Source of the DNA: Candidatus Heimdallarchaeota archaeon
GTDB lineage: Archaea; Asgardarchaeota; Heimdallarchaeia; Heimdallarchaeales; Heimdallarchaeaceae
NCBI GenBank assembly: GCA_021399345.1
Contig: JAAFKI010000005.1
Location: 1-36,842, forward strand
Length of the DNA stretch: 36,842 nt
Direction of reading: 5' to 3'
Shown here: piece after piece, positions 1 through 7,848 of the stretch
How the letters are laid out: each line of letters begins with the position of its first letter
Position numbering within the stretch: the first letter of the stretch is position 1
Notes under the pieces: generated by a model
Databases searched by the model: none
Told to the model about the DNA's origin: nothing
The model's input: the letters and a program-made list of their open reading frames with translations, nothing else
Made by a program: the position numbers and the translations under genes

Positions 1-633
1 ATCAAGGATCACGGGAGAGGAATCAGAAGTATTATCCAGTATTATTTGAAAAAGCAAACACAATTAAGATTACAATATGTGCAACAACAAAGAAACCAAT
101 TGAAAAAAAGGAATAAACTCAGCTATGGTCCAGCTTATTATCATCTTCGCGAGAAGTGGCGAAAGAAGCTCAAAGATGCTATTCACAAACTCACCAAGTA
201 TCTAGTAGACTTGTGGGTGGAACGGAACTTACATGAAGTCATTATCGGCTACAATGCGAAATGGAAACAGAATGTCCATTTCTGGAAAAAGATCACCCAG
301 ATGTTTGTAGCTATTCCCTTCATGAAAATCATCAACCAGCTGAAATACAAAGCAGCTGAACATGGGATAAAGGTTGAGCTTATACCCGAAAAGTATACTT
401 CTAAAAGCAGTTTTCTAGATAATGAGTTTCCCAAGAAACGAATAAAGTATGTTGGACGAAGAATAGAACGAGGTTTATTTCGTTCTGCTCAAGGCCATCT
501 AATCAATGCTGATGTCAATGCTGCATATAATATTTTAGTCAAAAGCGATCCGAAAGCATTGCCTAAACGGTGTGCGAACGGGGTAGGAGGATACGTGATG
601 TATCCACGTAGAGCGAGTGTTGACCCACAATGA
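1..633 (+). CDS. tnpB: IS200/IS605-family RNA-guided endonuclease TnpB, C-terminal part (5'-truncated by window)
   Basis: Frame is open from base 1 (IKDHGRGIRSIIQYYLKKQ...). Motifs IHKLTKYLV, IIGYNxxWKQ, QLKYKAAEHGIKV..PEKYTSKSSFLD, RIERGLFRS and INADVNAAYNI (RuvC-III) are typical of the zinc-finger-less OrfB/TnpB group. Confidence 0.93.
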   Translation: MKDHGRGIRSIIQYYLKKQTQLRLQYVQQQRNQLKKRNKLSYGPAYYHLREKWRKKLKDAIHKLTKYLVDLWVERNLHEVIIGYNAKWKQNVHFWKKITQMFVAIPFMKIINQLKYKAAEHGIKVELIPEKYTSKSSFLDNEFPKKRIKYVGRRIERGLFRSAQGHLINADVNAAYNILVKSDPKALPKRCANGVGGYVMYPRRASVDPQ

Positions 634-694
634 CCTCTCCAAAAGACGTTCGATTATGCTTGGCTAATATGCCAAGATGACATAAACTCATCAT
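1..694 (+). mobile_element. Right portion of an IS200/IS605-family insertion sequence
   Basis: tnpB followed by a subterminal hairpin (CTTGGC-taatat-GCCAAG, 659-676) and TCATCAT at 688-694, after which GNAT-like coding sequence resumes. The exact end (about 691-694) is inferred. Confidence 0.75.
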
Positions 695-712
695 ACAAAG
701 ATAACAATCTTC
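570..712 (+). ncRNA. Putative TnpB omegaRNA/reRNA scaffold plus adjacent guide
   Basis: Complementary segments: CGAACG 575-580 with CGTTCG 647-652; GGATAC 589-594 with GTATCC 600-605; TTATG-CTTGGC 654-664 with GCCAAG 671-676 and CATAA 681-685; GATGA 676-680 with TCATC 688-692. The position over the tnpB 3' end and right end matches known omegaRNAs. Boundaries are approximate. Confidence 0.55.
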
Positions 713-1264
713 CTTTAATTCCAGATTTCTGATTACTTTGAACCTCCTAACTTATTAGAGTATTTACAAAATTCAGAGTTTCTGATGACTGATGAAACTA
801 TAATTATGAGTACTGAAATAGGACAAGACAACTTCTCACCTAATAAGGATAGATTTGATTTTATAATTGAACATGATGTAGATATAAAGTGGTATCAAGT
901 TCTAAAAAGACTAACAGATATTGATTCCTCGAAACTTGAAGGATTTAGGAAAATTATCTCAAGAACTTCTAATGAAAAAATAACTTGTTTATTGATGAAA
1001 GATAACCACCCTGTTGGAATCGTCCTAGGAGTCATTGAAAAACCTTACATTGGAATCTTTGATTTGGTTGTTCATTTAGATTACAGAAGACAAGGTATCG
1101 GAGAGTTCATTATGCGAATAATGATGTCATATGCGCATAAGAGCAAATTACAAACAATGTACCTTTAAGTTGAAGCTAACAATTTACCAGCTGTTAAATT
1201 GTACAAGAAACTTAATTTTCAAGAGAGATATAGATATAGATACCTAGCTAGAGAGAAAAAATAA
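694..1264 (+). pseudogene. GNAT family N-acetyltransferase, disrupted
   Basis: Motif A (DLVVHLDYRRQGIG) is in 785-1168. After the TAA at 1166-1168 the frame continues VEANNLPAVKLYKKLNFQERYRYRYLAREKK to a stop at 1262-1264 (GNAT motif B). Upstream, YKDNNLPL (694-717) and FQISDYF... (from 719) are in different frames, and the 5' end is replaced by the IS. Confidence 0.82.
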
Positions 1265-1279
1265 ATGAAAAATATGATT

Positions 1280-2698
1280 TCAAAGTAAGTAATCCAACAA
1301 TGAATTTCGTTTAACAGCTAGTTCTAAAGCTTTTCTGAAGAAGCTTGTAGCATAACCTGTTGATGAAGAAATATTTTTCAATTTAGTTTTAGCTTCGTCT
1401 TTATCTAACAATGCTAATGCTGTTAAATCTAAAGATAACTCAGCTAATTTTTCCAAATCATTAGCAATTTTGGTTACTACCTCAATAACAGATAGTTTCT
1501 TAATTATATCAAATAATCTCTTAAAATGCTTACTGGATTTTTCTCCAGAAACCTTTGATGTCTCTAGATTGATACAAGTATCAGTTTCAGAAATTAGTTT
1601 TTTCTCAACAAGTTTTTTATAAACAGTTAAGGACATACCACAAAATCTTGCATCTAGGTCACATCTACTATCTGTAATTATATCCTCTTCAGCAGTCCAA
1701 AGGCTGACAAAAGTCTGTAAATGTTGAGTAAATATAGACATTGAATCAATCACTAGCTTAACAGTAGGTTTGTCTCCAATTACATAAACTGGATTACCTA
1801 GTAGAGCAGAGTAAATTGCTTTGTCAAGATTCCGACTTACAGTTCTATCTAAGAAGGTTGGTGAAAGATCTTCCATATTGATTCTTGATAATCTATTTCC
1901 AAGATCTTCAGTTTCCATAATTTTATGAAGAATCTCTTCCATGCTGAAGTTTTCCTTTTTGTCATCCAACATTGTAAGATGATTGTTCATAAGATCATAT
2001 AACCTAAAAAGAACTTGTTTCAAACTTTGAGGAAATTTTAGAATACCAACTCTAGATTTTTCACCATCGGTATCAATAATGGTGTAGGTTAAACTTTTTT
2101 CATTCTCTATAAAAGTTAGAATTCCAGTTATATTTCCTTGAAATTTCTTATTAACTTTAAGAGCATTTAACATCGATGCTATCTTAGGAATATGTTTCCC
2201 TGAACCTACTTTGTCCTTTATCTTTAAACTTTCATCAGAATGAACTAGAGTAAAATGAGCAATTTCTGCTGATTTTAAAGGTCTTTCTGAGATTGAGATA
2301 TCTAATGCTTGAATATCTTTCAAACATCTATCTAAGATTATCGATGCTTCTCCTTCTGTGATTCTGTCTGGATCGGCCCCCTCTAATAGAGGACCTGTAC
2401 ATGTACTAAATTTCTCTAACAACTGTTTTAAAGTATCTTCAGTCAGCGTAGATTCTTCATCGATGGTTTCAAGAATTAGAACAAAATCATGAACTCTGAT
2501 AAAGGAGACAGTTCTATCGTGATAAGATATCGATTGCAATTCTCTATGGTGAACTTCTTTAGAAAAAGAAATTAAAGCTGTCACCAAACCTGTTGCTAAA
2601 ATTTGACTGGTATCATCAACAACTTCAGGTTTTGAAGCTAACAACATCCCTGTGGAAGTTACAAGTGATATCTTTATGTTGAGCATTAGTTTAACCAA
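1280..2698 (-). CDS. Longin-domain protein with DENN/folliculin-like C-terminal region (candidate eukaryotic signature protein)
   Basis: The N-terminus (ISLVTSTGMLLAS...ILATGLVTALISFSKEV...LQSISY...VSFIRV.DFVLILET) fits the Asgard longin pattern. AIYSALLGNPVYVIGDKPTVKLVIDSMSIF resembles the cDENN core of folliculin/SMCR8-type proteins. Confidence 0.62.
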   Translation of the reverse strand: MVKLMLNIKISLVTSTGMLLASKPEVVDDTSQILATGLVTALISFSKEVHHRELQSISYHDRTVSFIRVHDFVLILETIDEESTLTEDTLKQLLEKFSTCTGPLLEGADPDRITEGEASIILDRCLKDIQALDISISERPLKSAEIAHFTLVHSDESLKIKDKVGSGKHIPKIASMLNALKVNKKFQGNITGILTFIENEKSLTYTIIDTDGEKSRVGILKFPQSLKQVLFRLYDLMNNHLTMLDDKKENFSMEEILHKIMETEDLGNRLSRINMEDLSPTFLDRTVSRNLDKAIYSALLGNPVYVIGDKPTVKLVIDSMSIFTQHLQTFVSLWTAEEDIITDSRCDLDARFCGMSLTVYKKLVEKKLISETDTCINLETSKVSGEKSSKHFKRLFDIIKKLSVIEVVTKIANDLEKLAELSLDLTALALLDKDEAKTKLKNISSSTGYATSFFRKALELAVKRNSLLDYLL

Positions 2699-2861
2699 AT
2701 AATTGGTATATAAGTAAATTTTCCTTTAAGCAAATCAAATAAAAAAAGTGAAAAAATCAACAATTACATGAAACAAAAAGCTCTATAGCTAGTTTAAAGG
2801 CGGTATATCAGTTGGTTTCTTCAATCATGCATGAAGTTTTCGTTGAGGATATTAGAAATTA

Positions 2862-2869
2862 TTTATAAA
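2862..2869 (+). promoter_or_regulatory. TATA box of tldD1-tldE1
   Basis: TTTATAAA 60 nt before the ATG, with AGGTG RBS at 2910-2914. The same arrangement precedes tldD2. Confidence 0.55.
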
Positions 2870-2921
2870 TATCCAAATCCACATCCGTTTGAAATACATA
2901 TTTTACAACAGGTGTAATTAA

Positions 2922-4340
2922 ATGGAAAATGGAAATATTCAAGACCTATTGCATAAAGCTGTTGAGAAGGGAGAAAATCTAGGAGTCAACTTTATTGAAG
3001 CTAGATACGATAATCTTAATTTAACAACTATCAACTACACAAATGAAATTATTAAGCAATCATCATCTCTCAGCAGAAAAGGCATAGGTATAATGGCATA
3101 CTATCAAGGAACGCCTGGTTATTCTTACACACCAGAGTTAACTTTAGAAGGTGTAAAAGAAGCAACTATTAGAGCAGCGAAACTAGCAAAATCTACTGAC
3201 AGTCGAAACAAAATCAAATTAGACTTTGATTCAATACCTGCTATCAAAGAAAAGATTGAAGTAAAAGTAAAAAAACACCCCAAAGATTTTGAGTTTGCAG
3301 ATAAGCTAGATATGCTTAAACGTGGAGTAACAGCTGTCAAAGAACAACTTGAAGTTACTACAACCATAGGTTTGTACGGAGAAATCTATGGAGAGAAATA
3401 CCTAGTTAATTCTGAAGGAACTGAGCTTTATTGGGTTCCTCTTATGGTTGATATCAGGATGGGTGGAGTTGTAATAAGTGAAGGAAAACAATCCCAAGCT
3501 TTCACAGGATGGGGAGCTTCAACAGGTTTGGAATTCTTCGAAGAAAAAGAAACAACTCCTGAAATAACGGGAACTAATGCAGGAACATATTGCAAGGAAC
3601 AATTAGAAGCAGTAGCTGCACCTTCTGGAAAAACAAAGACTTTAGTTTCACCTCAAATGGGTGGAGTCGTAGTGCACGAAAGTTTTGGTCATTTATCAGA
3701 AGCAGATTTCGTTGTTACAGGACAATCTCCAATTGCAGATAGAGTTGGTGAAGAACTAGGTAGTGAACATGTTACCATAATTGATGAAGGAGTTTCTCCT
3801 TATGGAGGACTGTATCTGCCTTATGACGACCAAGGAATAAAAACTGGAAGAACAGTACTTCTTGAGAAAGGTATACTTAAAGGATACTTGCATAACAGAG
3901 GAACAGCTAAGAAAATGAACTCTGAGTTAACTGGTAACAGTAGAGCAATCAATTTCATGTTTAATCCAATAGTTAGGATGAAGAACACCTATTTTGAGAA
4001 AGGAGATTTAACTTTCGAAGAAGCTGTCGAACATGTAAATACAGGTGTTTATGCAGTTGATATGTCAGGAGGTCAAGTTGGGCTTGATGGTAATTTCATG
4101 TTCAATTGCAGTAGAGGATATCTGATCGAAAATGGAGAAATAACTAAACCAATTAAGAACACAGCTCTTTCTGGAAATATTCTAGATCTACTGAAATATG
4201 TTGAAGGTGGAACTAAAGAAGTTACCATTAAAACAGGTTATTTCGGTGGATGTGGTAAGGGAGGCCAAAGTGGTCTTCCAGTTGGATTCGGCGGTCCTGA
4301 CATGATTATGGATCAGGTGCTAGTTGGGGGTGCCCAATAA
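2922..4340 (+). CDS. tldD: TldD metalloprotease subunit, copy 1
   Basis: HESFGH (HExxxH), YDDQG, TGNSRA, RMKNTYF and C-terminal GGCGKGGQ..PVG.GGP. Confidence 0.95.
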   Translation: MENGNIQDLLHKAVEKGENLGVNFIEARYDNLNLTTINYTNEIIKQSSSLSRKGIGIMAYYQGTPGYSYTPELTLEGVKEATIRAAKLAKSTDSRNKIKLDFDSIPAIKEKIEVKVKKHPKDFEFADKLDMLKRGVTAVKEQLEVTTTIGLYGEIYGEKYLVNSEGTELYWVPLMVDIRMGGVVISEGKQSQAFTGWGASTGLEFFEEKETTPEITGTNAGTYCKEQLEAVAAPSGKTKTLVSPQMGGVVVHESFGHLSEADFVVTGQSPIADRVGEELGSEHVTIIDEGVSPYGGLYLPYDDQGIKTGRTVLLEKGILKGYLHNRGTAKKMNSELTGNSRAINFMFNPIVRMKNTYFEKGDLTFEEAVEHVNTGVYAVDMSGGQVGLDGNFMFNCSRGYLIENGEITKPIKNTALSGNILDLLKYVEGGTKEVTIKTGYFGGCGKGGQSGLPVGFGGPDMIMDQVLVGGAQ

Positions 4341-5716
4341 TGACTTTAGATGAAATTAGAGATAAGATACTTAACATAGCTGATCAAACAATTAAATATG
4401 CTAAGGATCTAAATATCCCAGCAGCTGAAGCTTATGTCTATAATCTCTCAAACACCAATTTAACTGATAATAAAGGCAAGATAGACAGTAGAGATGGATT
4501 GACCCAAGGTATAGGGCTTAGAGTTGCAATAGGGAAACAAGTAGGTTTTGCTAGTTGTACAGGTTTCGAAAAAGAAACAATAAAATCTACCCTTAAACAT
4601 GCACATAGTATTGCTATAGTCAGTCCTGAGAATCCCATGTTTAATGGATTTGTAGCTGGTACAAATGTAGCTAAAGAAGGTATCCTTGATCCTGAGATAC
4701 TACATCTTGATTCAGATTCGATGATTGAGACATGTAATTTAATGAGTCAAGAAATAGATCTAAGTGATACAAGAATTGTCTCAGACAGTTATACAGTCAA
4801 TTTCTCATTTGGAGGTTATGCTGTATCTACAACTGAAGACTGTTTAGCTTCATCGTTAATAACCAGTTATGCTGCAAACAGCTATTTCGTAGTAACTGAA
4901 GCTGGAGATAGAAAAACAGCTGGAGATTTTGTTCAAGGTCGAGAGATTAAATCTGTAGAAGGAATCAGTTCAAATGGATTGAAAAAAGCATTAAACTCTC
5001 TTGGTTCTAAAGCTTTTGGAGGTTCAGAAGTCCTACCAACAGTATGGGAACCACGTGAATCCGCTGCATTTTTAGGCTTCTCATTTATCAATTGTGTATC
5101 TGGATCCTCCTTTGTTGAAAAAAGCAATCCTTGGGGAGAGAAACTCAACCAACAGGTAGCTGTTAAAGAATTAACATTAATAGATGATGGGCAAGAACTA
5201 GAATCAGAAGCAGGTAGAGCAATCGATTCTGAAGGTTCTCCTAAACAAACTACAACCATTATTGAAAATGGTCTATTGAAAACTTTCCTCTTCGATAAAA
5301 TGTTTGGAGAAGCAGCAGATCAAGCAACAACTGGGAATGCTTCTAGAGGAGGTTTCTTTGGTGGAATTCCTTATGAAAATGTACCAAATGTTGGACCTAA
5401 TAAATTGTTAATTAAAGAAGTTGGAAAGAATTTAGATCAACAAATTGGTGAAATTGATAAAGGAATTCTAATCACAGGTACTCCTATTGGTTTATTCACT
5501 GCAAATCAGATAACAGGTGATTTCAGTATCACTACCAATGATGCTTTCTTGATTGAGAAAGGAGAAGTTGTTCATCCGTTGAAGAATATTAGTATTGCTG
5601 GAAATTACTTCGAAACACTCAATGATATTAGAACAATAGGTTCTGATAGAGAAGTATCTGGATGGCCAATAGATGCCCCAGCGATTACATATAATAAGCA
5701 TACAATTTCAGACTAG
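4340..5716 (+). CDS. pmbA: TldE/PmbA non-catalytic subunit, copy 1
   Basis: GIGLRV..GFAS, DSEG, TGNASR, ANQITGDFS, IAGN; no HExxxH; TAATG coupling to tldD. Confidence 0.93.
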   Translation: MTLDEIRDKILNIADQTIKYAKDLNIPAAEAYVYNLSNTNLTDNKGKIDSRDGLTQGIGLRVAIGKQVGFASCTGFEKETIKSTLKHAHSIAIVSPENPMFNGFVAGTNVAKEGILDPEILHLDSDSMIETCNLMSQEIDLSDTRIVSDSYTVNFSFGGYAVSTTEDCLASSLITSYAANSYFVVTEAGDRKTAGDFVQGREIKSVEGISSNGLKKALNSLGSKAFGGSEVLPTVWEPRESAAFLGFSFINCVSGSSFVEKSNPWGEKLNQQVAVKELTLIDDGQELESEAGRAIDSEGSPKQTTTIIENGLLKTFLFDKMFGEAADQATTGNASRGGFFGGIPYENVPNVGPNKLLIKEVGKNLDQQIGEIDKGILITGTPIGLFTANQITGDFSITTNDAFLIEKGEVVHPLKNISIAGNYFETLNDIRTIGSDREVSGWPIDAPAITYNKHTISD

Positions 5717-5722
5717 AAATGC

Positions 5723-5745
5723 TTTTTTCCTTTTTTTTCTTTTTA
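5723..5745 (+). terminator. Oligo-T terminator after pmbA copy 1
   Basis: TTTTTTCCTTTTTTTTCTTTT right after the stop codon. Confidence 0.55.
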
Positions 5746-6258
5746 TATCTCTTGTATTTTTTTATTGCAGTTTGGGCAAACTGATTTGATTTTTAACCAT
5801 TCAACTAAATGAGATTTATGAGCTGGAATTTTGCATGATGGACATGTTATATATTTGTCTCCTTCACCTATAGAATCCATACAAACGCTGCATTTGTCCT
5901 TAAGATTGCTCTGTGCAATCTGTTCTGAAGAAAGTTGAACTTCTTTTTCGAGAGATTCATTAACTTCTTCTTCAGTAGAATACGTATGTCTTTCTTTAAG
6001 CAATTTCTTCTGTCTTGAATATTCTATACCTAAATTAAAAACTATTACTACTGAAGTACCTATAACAATTGACCAAAACCAAAATCCTAGATTACCAAAG
6101 AAATCTAGATGAAACCATTCTTCTAATGCTGATAATAAAGCTATAACACATATAAAGGGAATGCAGAGAAGCAGAATAATTTTGGAAATGAAATGCATAT
6201 CAACAAAAGACATCCTAAATTTCTTTCTCTTGTCTGCAAGTTTCTTCATTATATTCAA
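5743..6258 (-). CDS. Membrane-anchored RING finger protein (putative E3 ubiquitin ligase)
   Basis: Two hydrophobic helices, a charged linker, then CSVC-x12-CPSC-x4-HKSH-LVEW-x6-CPNC, including the RING Trp and terminal CPxC. Confidence 0.85.
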   Translation of the reverse strand: MNIMKKLADKRKKFRMSFVDMHFISKIILLLCIPFICVIALLSALEEWFHLDFFGNLGFWFWSIVIGTSVVIVFNLGIEYSRQKKLLKERHTYSTEEEVNESLEKEVQLSSEQIAQSNLKDKCSVCMDSIGEGDKYITCPSCKIPAHKSHLVEWLKIKSVCPNCNKKIQEI

Positions 6259-6365
6259 CTTTTTGATTTGCTTGAGTAAATAGATAAATGTTGTTGTTTC
6301 ACTTTTACTATTAATAGAAACTGAAACCGTTTTATTATTTATGAAGAAGCTAAAGATTGTATACT

Positions 6366-6373
6366 TTTATAAA
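6366..6373 (+). promoter_or_regulatory. TATA box of tldD2-tldE2
   Basis: TTTATAAA 66 nt before the TTG start, with AGGTGA RBS at 6420-6425. Confidence 0.55.
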
Positions 6374-6431
6374 TTACCCTATGATTTTTACAACAATTCA
6401 AAATATATTTTAACCAAAAAGGTGAAAAAAA

Positions 6432-7847
6432 TTGGAGAAAGATTATGTCTTAGATCTTTTACATAAAGCAGTAGATCATGGTCATAAACTTGGAGCTGAT
6501 TTTGTTGAAGCAAGGTATGATGACTTGACTCTAACAACTATTAATTATACAAATGAACAAGTCAAAGAATCATCCACAAAGCAACGTAGAGGAATAGGAA
6601 TTATGACCTACATTAATGGGTCGCCTGGTTATTCCTTTACACCAATACTAGAAACTGATGCTTTGAAGGAAACAACAAAAAGAGCTTTAGGAATAGCTAA
6701 ATCTACTGAATCCCTTTTAACATTCAAGCATAAATATACAGATAGACCTACCATTAAGGACTCTATTGAACATAAAGTGAAAATACATCCAAAGGATGTT
6801 GAATTTGAAGAAAAACTAGAAATGTTAAAACGAGGAGTAGCTTGTGCAAAAGAACAAGTTGATACCCAGTCTACCGTAGGATTATGGGGAGAACTCTGGG
6901 GAAATAAATTATTTGTAAACTCAGAACAATCTGAAATCTACTGGACTCCTCTTTTGTTTGATATACGAATTGCAGCAATAGCAATGACAGAAACAACTCA
7001 AGCAAGAGGTTCAGATGGAGAAGGGCAATCACAAGGAATGGAATTTTTCAAACTAAAAGGAAAAGATCCTGAAACTATTGGAACTAATGCTGGAACATAC
7101 TGCAAAGAACAAACTGAAGCAGTAGCAGCACCGGGTGGAAAACAAAGAGCCCTTGTTGGACCGAGAATGGCCGGTGTTTTAGCTCATGAAAGTTTTGGTC
7201 ACTTGTCTGAATCTGACTTTGTTATAACTGGGATGTCTCCCATTTCAGATAGAGTTGGAGAACAATTAGGAAGTGAACATGCTACCATTATTGATGAAGG
7301 TATCACTGAATATGGAGGATTCTTCTTACCTTATGATGATCAAGGTACTAAAACAGGAAAGACTGTTTTGATGGACAAAGGAATGCTTGTAGGATATCTT
7401 CACGATAGAAGTACAGCAAACAAAATGAACACTGAAACAACAGGTAATAGTAGGGCAATTACATTCATGTACCCAAGTATCCCAAGGATGAAAAATACAT
7501 ACTTCAAACCAGGAGATCTAAGTATTGAAGAATCAGTTGAAATAGTTGGTGACGGTATCTATGCAGCTGGTACATCTGGCGGTCAAGCTGGCTTAGATGG
7601 AGCGTTCTTATTCAAATGCAGCAGAGGCTACCTAATAGAAAAAGGAGAAATTACAACACCAATAAAAGATGCAGCATTATCTGGTCAGATTTTAGATTTC
7701 ATCAACCAAATTAGTGGTGTGGGAAAAGAAATGGATCTCTTTACTTCGTACTTTGGTGGATGTGGTAAAGGTGGTCAATACCCATTACCAGTTGGACTCG
7801 GTGGTCCTAGCATCGTTGTCGATGAAGTGCTAGTTGGGGGCGAATAA
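6432..7847 (+). CDS. tldD: TldD metalloprotease subunit, copy 2
   Basis: HESFGH, YDDQG, TGNSRA, PRMKNTYF, GGCGKGGQYPLPVGLGGP; colinear with copy 1; TTG start with RBS. Confidence 0.95.
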   Translation: MEKDYVLDLLHKAVDHGHKLGADFVEARYDDLTLTTINYTNEQVKESSTKQRRGIGIMTYINGSPGYSFTPILETDALKETTKRALGIAKSTESLLTFKHKYTDRPTIKDSIEHKVKIHPKDVEFEEKLEMLKRGVACAKEQVDTQSTVGLWGELWGNKLFVNSEQSEIYWTPLLFDIRIAAIAMTETTQARGSDGEGQSQGMEFFKLKGKDPETIGTNAGTYCKEQTEAVAAPGGKQRALVGPRMAGVLAHESFGHLSESDFVITGMSPISDRVGEQLGSEHATIIDEGITEYGGFFLPYDDQGTKTGKTVLMDKGMLVGYLHDRSTANKMNTETTGNSRAITFMYPSIPRMKNTYFKPGDLSIEESVEIVGDGIYAAGTSGGQAGLDGAFLFKCSRGYLIEKGEITTPIKDAALSGQILDFINQISGVGKEMDLFTSYFGGCGKGGQYPLPVGLGGPSIVVDEVLVGGE

Positions 7848-7848
7848 A

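Noticed and set aside
1166-1168. TAA recoded as Gln or read through in the GNAT gene
   Set aside because: TAA is a normal stop for many genes in the window, and the gene has other lesions, so pseudogenisation is simpler.
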